DNA of 20,000 bases, taken from IMG/VR virus record IMGVR_UViG_3300044693_000183; one strand, given 5' to 3'. Under the pieces are notes generated by a model that searched no databases, was not told the origin of the DNA, and saw nothing but the letters and a program-made list of their open reading frames with translations. Position 1 is the first letter of the stretch; the number at the start of each line of letters is the position of its first letter. The translations under genes and the position numbers were made by a program. The DNA comes from an uncultured virus (IMG/VR IMGVR_UViG_3300044693_000183). Taxonomy: Duplodnaviria; Heunggongvirae; Uroviricota; Caudoviricetes. Of the stretch, positions 7,569-15,022 are shown one piece after another.

Positions 7569-8066
7569 CTACTCCTCCCAGGTCACAAACGTCCAGCACC
7601 CGACCGAAGCGGCCGCCGTGACCCTGACCCGCAAAAACTTACTCACAGGCAGCTGTGCCTCCCGGCCTAACGGCCACTGCTTGACATACAACCCCGTAGG
7701 GGCCAGCAGCTGGGCATCGAACGTCCTGGTCGTGGTGATCGACCCCTCGGCCGTGGCCGTGTAGCCCGTCGCGGAAGCGCCTAAGGTGACCGTGGAAGCT
7801 GGCGCGTTCGGGTCGTCGTAGGGCTGCACCCCGCTGGCGACATGCGCTGTAACAGTGGCGGCAACGTCCGTCTGGATCAGCTCGACCTGGATCGGCGTAG
7901 CGGCAGCCGAGCCGTCGAAGCTGATACCCCACTCGACAATCTTCAACGGTCGAGTCGCCGAGGATGCGATCTGCAGCATGGTCTTGATGGACGTGCCGGT
8001 GGCGACCTTCGCGAGAGCGGAGGTGGTGGCCATCGGCCCGTTCGCGGCCCAGTACAGGGTAGCCAT
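7569..8066 (-). CDS. Beta-rich (jelly-roll-like) hypothetical structural protein
   Basis: GGGAGG RBS; KTMLQI...LKIVEWGISFDG...PIQVEL...QWPLGRE...LRVRVTA...WEE. Confidence 0.85.
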   Translation of the reverse strand: MATLYWAANGPMATTSALAKVATGTSIKTMLQIASSATRPLKIVEWGISFDGSAAATPIQVELIQTDVAATVTAHVASGVQPYDDPNAPASTVTLGASATGYTATAEGSITTTRTFDAQLLAPTGLYVKQWPLGREAQLPVSKFLRVRVTAAASVGCWTFVTWEE

Positions 8067-8125
8067 CGCCGCCCCTCCCTATCGGTCAGCGCAGAAGTCA
8101 AGAGAAAGGCGAATATGAATAAAGC

Positions 8126-8743
8126 TCACATGCTTACCGTCTGTGTGATCGTCAGGGCATCCCCAGACGCGGACAGAGTCGCGGTGGCGGACAGCAGCGT
8201 CTCGTGCAGCATCTGCCCCGAGGTGATGCTGTTGAACGTGCCGATCTTCGCAACCGTCACCGGCAGGCTGTCTGAGCCGTTCGCGGTGAACGTTCCCGTC
8301 AGCGTGTACGCGTTCGTACCGGCAGTGTGGGCATACGTCGCGAGCTTCCGCACCAGGCCACCACCGCTCGTGGTGATCTCCCCTGTCAGGGCCGTGTCCG
8401 TCGCCGCCGGGGCCGTCGAGTTCGCCGTCAGCGCCATGTACCACACCGGGGCACCGCCCGGCAGGATCACATACGCGCCAGTGGCGGGGGTGGATGCCGC
8501 AGCACCGCCCGGAGACGCAGGCGTATACCAGCGGTCCACAGTGAGCGCCGTCGCCGTGTTCGACACGACCACGCCATACACGCTGCCCGTCGCCACCAAG
8601 TGACCGGTCCAAGCGTTCGTCGTCCACGACTTGCCGGAGTCAGTCAAGGTCGTGGCGGTCGTGCCGGTCGAGGTGCCAGTGTCGCCAGCGAGGTCTCCGC
8701 CGAGGTTGCGGGCCTCGATGTCGTTGCCGCTGTTGGTCTTCAC
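8126..8743 (-). CDS. Fibre/tail-collar-like subunit with an inserted beta domain
   Basis: YMALT..STAPAATDT.L.GEI.....R.......TGTFT.......KIGTFN...SGQML........GD.LTITQTV core typical of phage fibre-base proteins, with the insert TLTDSGKSWTTNAW...SNTATALTV..W. GGGAGG RBS. Confidence 0.8.
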   Translation of the reverse strand: MKTNSGNDIEARNLGGDLAGDTGTSTGTTATTLTDSGKSWTTNAWTGHLVATGSVYGVVVSNTATALTVDRWYTPASPGGAAASTPATGAYVILPGGAPVWYMALTANSTAPAATDTALTGEITTSGGGLVRKLATYAHTAGTNAYTLTGTFTANGSDSLPVTVAKIGTFNSITSGQMLHETLLSATATLSASGDALTITQTVSM

Positions 8744-9003
8744 GGGGTGTCGTCCTCCCAGTCATCGGGTCGTCCGACGGCGATCCCGTAGTGAGCTGCT
8801 ATCCGAGCGGCGAAGTCTGGGTCGTCTGCCTCGACCCAGTCGGGTGCGGGTGCTGTGCTGTGGTTCGCCCACACCCCATCAAGGCCAGTGATGGCGAGGA
8901 ACTCCTCATCAGGTGTGAGGCCATCAGGGATGATGGCTGTAGTGATCCGCGCAGCCGGCTCGGGTAGGCCCCGCGGGCTGCTGTTGCCGAGTAGAACTCG
9001 CAT
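8740..9003 (-). CDS. Acidic hypothetical protein (87 aa), possible chaperone
   Basis: GTGA-coupled to the downstream gene; VW..HS...P.WV..DD motif. Confidence 0.75.
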   Translation of the reverse strand: MRVLLGNSSPRGLPEPAARITTAIIPDGLTPDEEFLAITGLDGVWANHSTAPAPDWVEADDPDFAARIAAHYGIAVGRPDDWEDDTP

Positions 9004-9024
9004 GTGCCGGGGTTTCCCGTCTAG

Positions 9025-9723
9025 CTAGTAGGTGGCGGCGCGGCGCACGGCCTGCCGGACGATCACGGGCTGCGGGAAGATGGCGGCGGCGGGGAGCACT
9101 TCCATGGCGGCGATCTCGTACGTGTCCGAGTTGCCCGTGGTGAACCCGAACGTCGTCGCGCCCGGCGAGCTCGTGGCCGCCGCGCCTTTGAACGAGCTGT
9201 ACGTCTCCACCTCGGACGTGTCCTGAAACCAGGAGATCACCGAGGTGTTCGCGTTGGCGGTCAGCTGGGCCTGCGCGGTCGCGTTATCGCCGAGCACCCC
9301 ATACACCCAGGAACCGGCCTGGGTGGTCGTCACACTCACGGTGGGGGTGACGCCGCTGGTGGACCCTGTCGCACCGGTCTGCGTGGGAGAGCAGCCCGTG
9401 AGGACCCGGACGGTGAGGAGCTGGCCGGCGCCACCGTTGGTGGGGGTCGCGGTGACAGTGATCGACCCGGGCGCGCTAGCCAGGTACGTCCACCAGACCT
9501 CTGAGGTGGGGACACCGGTAGCGTTCTGGCGTTTCCCGAGTGTCCACGTGTGACTGCCCGAGTCAGACAGGGCGAGGGTGCAGGTGCCCGAGGCGGGGCC
9601 GAAGGATGCCAACGCGACTAGCAGGCTGCCAGCCGGTGGGGAGAACGACGCGGTAGTCAGTGCCGAGCTGGACGCCGCGGCGGTGACTGTCGCGGGGCTG
9701 GAGGCGTCCTCAGCGATAGCCAT
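9025..9723 (-). CDS. Two-domain Ser/Thr-rich beta-sandwich protein (putative adhesin or fibre tip)
   Basis: MAIAEDASSP...TTASFSPPAGSLLVA...SD....TW; a second domain VTTTQAGSWV; C-terminal tag PQPVIVRQAVRRAATY. GGAG RBS before the ATG at 9723. Confidence 0.85.
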   Translation of the reverse strand: MAIAEDASSPATVTAAASSSALTTASFSPPAGSLLVALASFGPASGTCTLALSDSGSHTWTLGKRQNATGVPTSEVWWTYLASAPGSITVTATPTNGGAGQLLTVRVLTGCSPTQTGATGSTSGVTPTVSVTTTQAGSWVYGVLGDNATAQAQLTANANTSVISWFQDTSEVETYSSFKGAAATSSPGATTFGFTTGNSDTYEIAAMEVLPAAAIFPQPVIVRQAVRRAATY

Positions 9724-9753
9724 GCTCCGCCCCTTCTTGCCGTGGCGGGGTTT

Positions 9754-9792
9754 GTGGCTGGCCGGACCGGTGTGGGATGCCCGGCCAGCCAC
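9754..9792. promoter_or_regulatory. 12-bp perfect inverted repeat upstream of the fibre module
   Basis: GTGGCTGGCCGG (9754-9765) and CCGGCCAGCCAC (9781-9792). Confidence 0.5.
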
Positions 9793-9929
9793 GATGGGAC
9801 CCGGTTGGCTTCAGTTGGCCCTGAAGTTACAGCGAGTACATTACCTATCACCGTGGGTTCAGGGAGCACTGAAGGTGGCCAACCGCGCACCACTGGTCAG
9901 GCAGCACGCGACAGTCCACAACAGCGACA

Positions 9930-9973
9930 GAAGGAAGGGCCTGCCTGCCCAGCGCCGCTACTGGGCAGGCAGG
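9930..9973 (-). terminator. Intrinsic terminator-like hairpin
   Basis: 13-bp stem CCTGCCTGCCCAG (9940-9952) / CTGGGCAGGCAGG (9961-9973) followed on the minus strand by pyrimidine-rich CCCTTCCTTCT, directly after the stop at 9978. Confidence 0.65.
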
Positions 9974-9977
9974 AGTC

Positions 9978-10205
9978 TCAACAGGACACCGACTCCAGGA
10001 CTGCGCGGTCATCGAGGCGGGCCACCATGTGACTCGGGCCCGCGTCGAGTACCTCCCGGAGGTGGGCGCACAGCCAGTCCCCCTCAGCCACGAACGCCTT
10101 GCATGGGATGCAGTAGCCGACCGCGTGCCGGCTGGGCTGCGGAAGGCGCTTGCCTTTCATCGCCTGCTCGGCGGCGGTCACCGTCAAGACGTGCTCGCTG
10201 CTCAA
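9978..10205 (-). CDS. Hypothetical protein with CxxC...CxH
   Basis: TTG start overlapping the upstream TGA, with a GGAGGAGG RBS; MSSEHVLTV...YCIPC...LCAH. Confidence 0.65.
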   Translation of the reverse strand: MSSEHVLTVTAAEQAMKGKRLPQPSRHAVGYCIPCKAFVAEGDWLCAHLREVLDAGPSHMVARLDDRAVLESVSC

Positions 10206-10450
10206 CCGTCCTCCTCCATGCGCTCGTGCCTGGTGGCGTCCTGTCGGCGGACGGTGTCGTGGAGGCCGGAGATCATGCGCTTCAGCTCGGCGTGGCCCTG
10301 CGCCAGCTCGGCGTGGCGGCGCTTGTGGACCCGATGCCACACCCACGCCAAGAGCGCAACGGCCGGGGACCAGATGAGACTCGCGACGAGGTTCGGGTAG
10401 ACGCTGTCCCAGCCGGGCCAGATCGCGGCCCACAAACCGGGCCAGTCCAT
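10202..10450 (-). CDS. Single-TM membrane protein with C-terminal coiled coil (first late gene)
   Basis: GGGAGG RBS; NLVASLIWSPAVALLAWVW followed by a basic, coiled-coil tail. Confidence 0.75.
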   Translation of the reverse strand: MDWPGLWAAIWPGWDSVYPNLVASLIWSPAVALLAWVWHRVHKRRHAELAQGHAELKRMISGLHDTVRRQDATRHERMEEDG

Positions 10451-10480
10451 TCCGGCCTCCCAGCGTCATCATGGGGTCAG

Positions 10481-10524
10481 GAAACACCTCAGCCCCCGGG
10501 AAGTAGACACCGGGGGCTGAGGTG
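10481..10524 (-). terminator. Intrinsic terminator in the late-operon leader (tR'-like)
   Basis: 15-bp perfect stem CACCTCAGCCCCCGG (10485-10499) / CCGGGGGCTGAGGTG (10510-10524), then TTTC on the minus strand. Confidence 0.7.
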
Positions 10525-10564
10525 AAAAACAGGATTTGGGCGCGCGGGAACAACCCGCGACTGG

Positions 10565-10594
10565 ATCTTACGCGACGGATTCGACCCCACGCAA
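10565..10594 (-). promoter_or_regulatory. Putative late promoter (SigA/HrdB type)
   Basis: TTGCGT-N18-TAAGAT overlapping the end of the regulator gene. Confidence 0.5.
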
Positions 10595-11461
10595 CAGTGC
10601 CTGCCGCTTCTCGTGCACCCGGATAGCGGAGTGCTTCGCGCGCTCCACAATGTCCCCGAGCCGATACAGCGGGGTGCCCTCCGCCGTGTGCCCAGCCACC
10701 TCCAGCCGGGGCTGATTGGCCCGCGGGTAGTTGGCCCACGAGCGGATAGTCTTCACGTTCAGCTCCCTGCCCAGCAGTGCGGGAATGGCGCGGGACGCCT
10801 CAGCGGCGGTGAGGACATACGCCCGCGCTTTCTCTAGGAGCCATTCGCGGCGCTCCCACGCGTCATACTCGGCCTGGCAGTCGGCGCACCTCGCGACGGA
10901 CTTGTCTAGCCAGCCCCACACCTGGCCACCACAGTCGGGGTGGCACGGCCCGCAGTAGCGGCGCTCCGCAGGGCGGTCGATCACGCGCTCTACGGCGGTG
11001 ACTGCGGCGAGGATGGCGGCTACGGCCTGCCCGGCTATCTCCATGGACGCGATGGACCACACGTGGTCTGTCAGCCACTCCGCCGCGTCCGCCAGGCCGG
11101 GGAACAGGGTGGTGAGGGTGAGGTTGTGGTAGCCGGCGGTCGTGATCACCCAGTCCACGAGGGTCGCGTGCAGCTGCTCTTTCACGGTGGCGGCGAACTC
11201 GTTCCACGGCAAGCCCAGCTCCCCGCCTGATGCGCCTGGTAGGCCGGTGTTGCGGGACCGGATCCTGGCTTGTCCGGTGATGGTGGCTTCAAGCTCGTCC
11301 AAAAGGGACCTGCCCCGTTCCCCTGAGCTACTGGGGGCGTTGGTTGCGGTCAGCTTCCACAGGGCGTGACGCAGCTTGCTGATGCAGTTAAGGCAGATGT
11401 AGGCGTCGTCGGGTCTGGGTGCCGTGCATGAGACGCAAAGTTGATCTATGGCGGTGGGCAT
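10568..11461 (-). CDS. Zn-finger/HTH transcriptional regulator in the Q position (putative late activator or antiterminator)
   Basis: N-terminal CxxC...CxxC, central CGPC...CGG...CxxC ribbon and C-terminal MerR-like HTH (TIRSWA...G.PLYRLGDI). GGGAGG RBS before the ATG at 11461. Sits at the early/late boundary. Confidence 0.8.
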   Translation of the reverse strand: MPTAIDQLCVSCTAPRPDDAYICLNCISKLRHALWKLTATNAPSSSGERGRSLLDELEATITGQARIRSRNTGLPGASGGELGLPWNEFAATVKEQLHATLVDWVITTAGYHNLTLTTLFPGLADAAEWLTDHVWSIASMEIAGQAVAAILAAVTAVERVIDRPAERRYCGPCHPDCGGQVWGWLDKSVARCADCQAEYDAWERREWLLEKARAYVLTAAEASRAIPALLGRELNVKTIRSWANYPRANQPRLEVAGHTAEGTPLYRLGDIVERAKHSAIRVHEKRQALLRGVESVA

Positions 11462-11562
11462 GGTCAGGGCCCTCCCGAAGGGGTTACGCGGTGTGGGTGT
11501 TGTGCTGGTCAACACCGAGCGTAACCCCTCGGGTGGTCCGATAGGGGAAGCAACCCGCCAAA

Positions 11563-12024
11563 TCAGCGGGATGACCGCTTCCACCTCAGGTTCTCCGATA
11601 TCCCATGGTGGTACCAGACCTGCTGGTAGTGGTTTTGACACAGCCCTCGCACGCGGACTGGTTCCTCGCATTCGGGCCGACGGCACACCACCCGATCAGC
11701 ATCGGCGTACCGCTTGTAGTGTGCGACGCAGTAACCGCGGGCACGGTGCGGTTTCCCACAGTCGGGAACCTGGCAGGTCGTGGTGCCGTATGTGGAGGTT
11801 GCCTCGCCGGGGTCACCAGTGCGACGCCACCGGTGGTAGTGCATGGAGCAGAGTTTGCGTGCGTGCACGTGCTCCTCGCAGCCCGGGACCCGGCATTCAT
11901 GGTCGTGCCGTGGTATCCGGCCGGAGCGGCGCCACTTCTCGTAGTGGCGTTTGCACAGTCCGCGTGCGACCACCGGATCCGGGCATTCCTCGACCGAGCA
12001 GTCTTCCGTGGTGTTGCGGCTCAC
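11563..12024 (-). CDS. Protein with four tandem C-x4-C-x9-C-x2-HY zinc-binding repeats
   Basis: CSVEEC..ARGLCKRHY; CRVPGC..ARKLCSMHY; CQVPDC..ARGYCVAHY; CRRPEC..VRGLCQNHY. GTGA overlap with the upstream gene. Confidence 0.85.
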   Translation of the reverse strand: MSRNTTEDCSVEECPDPVVARGLCKRHYEKWRRSGRIPRHDHECRVPGCEEHVHARKLCSMHYHRWRRTGDPGEATSTYGTTTCQVPDCGKPHRARGYCVAHYKRYADADRVVCRRPECEEPVRVRGLCQNHYQQVWYHHGISENLRWKRSSR

Positions 12025-12305
12025 GGCTGGCGCGCCCGCATGAGGAGCTGCTGCACTCGCGGCTTGGTGAGTCCGATGTGGTCGGCGGCCTGCTGGTAGG
12101 ACAGGCCGGTGTTGCACAGCTGTTGTACCGCTGCGGCCCGGAGCTGGCCGAGCTGGTCGACGACGGCGGTGTGGAGGGCCTGCATCTTGGTGGCCTGGAT
12201 GTACATCAAGGTGGGGTCGGCGAGGTCGTCGGTGTCGAACAGCCCGTCGAGGATGGCTTTGACGTCGCGCGGGTCGGGTTCGTAGCCGTCGATGATGGTG
12301 GTCAC
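12021..12305 (-). CDS. HTH DNA-binding protein (sigma70 region 4-like)
   Basis: RAAAVQQL...GLSYQQAADHIGLTKPRVQQLL; GTGA overlap. Confidence 0.85.
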   Translation of the reverse strand: MTTIIDGYEPDPRDVKAILDGLFDTDDLADPTLMYIQATKMQALHTAVVDQLGQLRAAAVQQLCNTGLSYQQAADHIGLTKPRVQQLLMRARQP

Positions 12306-12700
12306 AGGGCACCGTCCACATCGAAGCCGAGGTAGTCGACGACCTCGCGCGGCAACTCGGTGCGCAGCGAGGCTGCGGCCTGGTAGGTGTCGCCGTCGTA
12401 CTCGCGGCGGACAGTGTTCCAGTCGATGCCGTACAGCTCGCACAGGTCGGAGATCTCGACCCGGGGAATGGGGACCTCGATGCCCTCGCGGTTCCACAGG
12501 CGGTCGACGGCGGCAATGCGGTGGGAGCCGGTGAGGGCCTGCTCGCCGTCGACGACGATCGGCACCCCCTGCCAGCCGGTGGCCTCCATGCTGTCCATGA
12601 GCGCGGCAACCTTGGTGGGGTCGTATATCTCGTGCAACTGGTCGACGCCGAAGCTGCGGGTTTCGGTGATGGACTCGATGGCCTCTTCGATGGTCTGCAC
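12302..12700 (-). CDS. ParB/Srx-like N-terminal domain protein
   Basis: KVAALMDSM..GWQGVPIVV.....TGSHRIAA (GxHR motif); GGGAGG RBS. Confidence 0.8.
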   Translation of the reverse strand: MQTIEEAIESITETRSFGVDQLHEIYDPTKVAALMDSMEATGWQGVPIVVDGEQALTGSHRIAAVDRLWNREGIEVPIPRVEISDLCELYGIDWNTVRREYDGDTYQAAASLRTELPREVVDYLGFDVDGAL

Positions 12701-12715
12701 TGCAACCTCCCATGT

Positions 12716-12768
12716 CGTATAGGCCCACTATACGGCAAGGAGATGAGCGCGTCTAGCCCCTCTATACG
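12716..12768 (-). promoter_or_regulatory. Promoter overlapped by two palindromic operators CGTATAG-N5-CTATACG
   Basis: TAGACG-N17-TATAGT. Perfect operator at 12716-12734 and one-mismatch operator at 12750-12768. Confidence 0.75.
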
Positions 12769-12895
12769 ATCGGTGCCGTGGCAACCCCGACTGTAACCGA
12801 CGGGTGGGCTGACAGGGGGAAGCAACTGCGTGGGCCCCAGGCATTGTGCCCAGGGCCCCGATCTTGCTGGCCTATCAGCCCCAGCCGTCGCCTCG

Positions 12896-13816
12896 TCACT
12901 GGCCGGGAACGACAACGCCACCACAGCCGCAGCTGGCATGAACGGTGTGCCGGGTACCGCAACTATGGGAACAGAACCGCCGCTCACTGCCATCCCAGAC
13001 CGGTCCACCGCAGCACTCGCAGACGCGCTCCTCCGCCTCCGGAAGTACCCGGGTGTGCTTTGGGCGCGGCCGGTCGTTGCGGTGGTGAGCCTCGCGGCAG
13101 TCTGGGCACCGGCAGCCATGCCGCCGATATCCGGCCGGAGTCCCGTGTGGCACGTCGGCGGGGCACCCGGCGACCAGCGCGGCGTCCAGGTCCCGACGCC
13201 AGTCCTCGTCGACGCGGGCGAGGCCGTGAATGGCGTGGGTGGTGACGCCGAGTGCTGCCGCCACGTCCGGCAGCGGCCGCCCCGTAGCGATCTCTCTGAG
13301 CAGGTGCGCCCGGGTGCCGGGGCCGAGCCGGCGTGCGGCGGCGGCGCGGCGGCGAGCACGCAGGTCTGCCAGGTGCGCCGCGCGGGCCTCGTCGTCACGG
13401 TCTCCTCGTCGCCACCGGGCCAGCGGTGACGGGGAGACCAGCGTCTCTACCGCTGGAGTTTCGTGGTCGCTGGTGGTCTCCTCGCCTGCCGCGTCCCAGC
13501 TGGCGACGAGCCGCTTCAGCCCAGGACGATCCTCGATGAGCAGTGCCTGTCGGGGCGGCTGCCCGACGCGACGCACCAAGCCGAGCTTCTCCAAGCGCAC
13601 GATCGCCACCACCAGCACGCGACTCGCCCAGGCCCCCTTGCCGGCGTCGGCGTATCGCCTCGCTGCCGGATGACGTCGAAGGTCGGTGGCCTCCCGCTTC
13701 CATTCCGTGCGCAGTACGGTCCGATCTACTCGGCCGGTGACAGCCAGTTCCAGGATCAGATCGGCGACATCGACCACGACCCCGTCGACCGTGTCCAGGT
13801 TGTCCTCGTCGCTCAC
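12896..13816 (-). CDS. Multidomain DNA-binding protein (winged-helix-like, HTH and Zn-binding motifs)
   Basis: RLEKLGLVRR; LPDVAAALGVTTHAI; HGT.AGY..HGCRCPDCR; CECCG...FCSHSC. Confidence 0.7.
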   Translation of the reverse strand: MSDEDNLDTVDGVVVDVADLILELAVTGRVDRTVLRTEWKREATDLRRHPAARRYADAGKGAWASRVLVVAIVRLEKLGLVRRVGQPPRQALLIEDRPGLKRLVASWDAAGEETTSDHETPAVETLVSPSPLARWRRGDRDDEARAAHLADLRARRRAAAARRLGPGTRAHLLREIATGRPLPDVAAALGVTTHAIHGLARVDEDWRRDLDAALVAGCPADVPHGTPAGYRRHGCRCPDCREAHHRNDRPRPKHTRVLPEAEERVCECCGGPVWDGSERRFCSHSCGTRHTVHASCGCGGVVVPGQ

Positions 13817-14157
13817 GGGCGCCCCAGACTCTTGTAGACGGCCTTGTTGCTCACGCCCCAGTGCCTGGCGATCTTCTTAACGCTCCAGCCCTCGTCGAGC
13901 AGTGCCTGGTAGGTGTCGCGCCGGCACGCCGCGACCAGGCCGCGGACACCGAGCGCGCGTTTGTCGAGCAGCGCAAGGTGGTCGAGGTCCTCATCGCCAT
14001 CCTCGTCGTACCGAACCCGGGCGGAGGGGTCCATTGCGGCGACCTTCTCGGCGTGGTCCGCCAACCACCGGGCGTGCCGGGCCAGCGACTCCCATGCCGA
14101 CGGCGCGGGAAGGGCGCCGCCGAGGAGGGTCATCGGGTCGAAGTCGTCGGTGCTCAC
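13813..14157 (-). CDS. HTH DNA-binding protein
   Basis: C-terminal LLDEGWSVKKIARHWGVSNKAVYKSL; GTGA overlaps on both sides. Confidence 0.85.
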   Translation of the reverse strand: MSTDDFDPMTLLGGALPAPSAWESLARHARWLADHAEKVAAMDPSARVRYDEDGDEDLDHLALLDKRALGVRGLVAACRRDTYQALLDEGWSVKKIARHWGVSNKAVYKSLGRP

Positions 14158-14441
14158 GAGCGGTCATACTCCGCGGCGAGCTCGCCGAGGTCGATGCTGC
14201 TGATCGCGTCGGCGATGGCATCGACGGCGTTGGCCGGCATCGGGTACGGGCCGTAGAACTGGTTGCCGTTGAGGCTGACGCCACCGGCCAGCGCGTTGTT
14301 GATGGCGTCCCGGTAGGCGTGGACGAGTCCGTCGAAGTCGTAGTCCTGGGCGAAGTCGCCGAGGTAGGCACTGACGGTGTCTTCGACGGTGGTGGCGTTG
14401 TTGTGGTTGACCCAGGTTCCGTATTCGGTGGTGGTGACCAT
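14154..14441 (-). CDS. Acidic hypothetical actinophage protein (95 aa)
   Basis: MVTTTEYGTW...YRDAINNAL..GVSL.GNQFYGPY; GGAG RBS. Confidence 0.8.
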   Translation of the reverse strand: MVTTTEYGTWVNHNNATTVEDTVSAYLGDFAQDYDFDGLVHAYRDAINNALAGGVSLNGNQFYGPYPMPANAVDAIADAISSIDLGELAAEYDRS

Positions 14442-14475
14442 GGCTGGCTCCGGTTCTGTGTGGTGGTCCCTCTGA

Positions 14476-14524
14476 CACCATGTATTCAACCCTAGGGTAG
14501 CCACCATGTCAACCCTAGGGTTGA
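14476..14524 (-). promoter_or_regulatory. Promoter overlapped by two TCAACCCTAGGGTTGA operators
   Basis: Perfect 16-bp palindrome at 14509-14524 and a degenerate copy at 14486-14501. A consensus TTGACA -35 overlaps the first; the -10 is uncertain. Confidence 0.75.
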
Positions 14525-14658
14525 AAGTGCGGGCGTAGAAACGGCCCCGACACAAGGCCGAGGCCGCCATCCCCGCACAGCGGGGCCAACTCAACCCGCA
14601 GACAGGCCCACGGGCAACTCCCGCAACAAGCGGGACCAAGGAGTCCCAGTGTGCCAGA

Positions 14659-14695
14659 TAAAGAAGCCCCCGCTCAGATCCCGGGCGGGGGCTCT
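14659..14695 (-). terminator. Intrinsic terminator ending the micro-ORF operon
   Basis: The minus strand reads AGCCCCCGCCC-GGGATCT-GAGCGGGGGCT followed by TCTTTAT. Confidence 0.75.
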
Positions 14696-14707
14696 CATGT
14701 GTGGTGC

Positions 14708-15022
14708 TCAGTCGCTGCTGGTCGGCGTGCGTCGGCGTGCTGCCCTGGCAACCGCGGCCGCCAGGGCATCCTCGACACCGCGCAACGCTACCTGCAACGT
14801 CGTGAGGAGCGTCTCCAGCTGTTCGGCCTGAGCGGGCAGGTCGCCATCGAAGTCGATGCCGTACAGCGGTCCAGGCATGTCGAGCGCCTGGGCGGCGGCG
14901 GCCAGCGCCGTGCGCAGCGCGGCGAGCTCGACGTTGATGGTCGGCAGCGGGTCGCCCGGGCTGGAGAACGCGAAGTCCTGCTCGGTCAGACCGGTCAGAC
15001 CGTCGGCGTTCGTCCCCATCAC
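14708..15022 (-). CDS. Hypothetical helical protein
   Basis: Coupled to the upstream gene by a GTGA overlap; Ala/Leu-rich helices. Confidence 0.65.
   Translation of the reverse strand: MMGTNADGLTGLTEQDFAFSSPGDPLPTINVELAALRTALAAAAQALDMPGPLYGIDFDGDLPAQAEQLETLLTTLQVALRGVEDALAAAVARAARRRTPTSSD

Noticed and set aside
11563..13398. 611-aa minus-strand ORF
   Set aside because: Only the last 153 aa (from GTG 12024) look real; the rest overlaps three better-supported genes in other frames.
14530..14650. Short stems CCCCGC..GCGGGG and CCCGC..GCGGG as a possible ncRNA
   Set aside because: Stems of 5-6 bp are expected by chance at this GC content; no tRNA or known RNA motif is visible.
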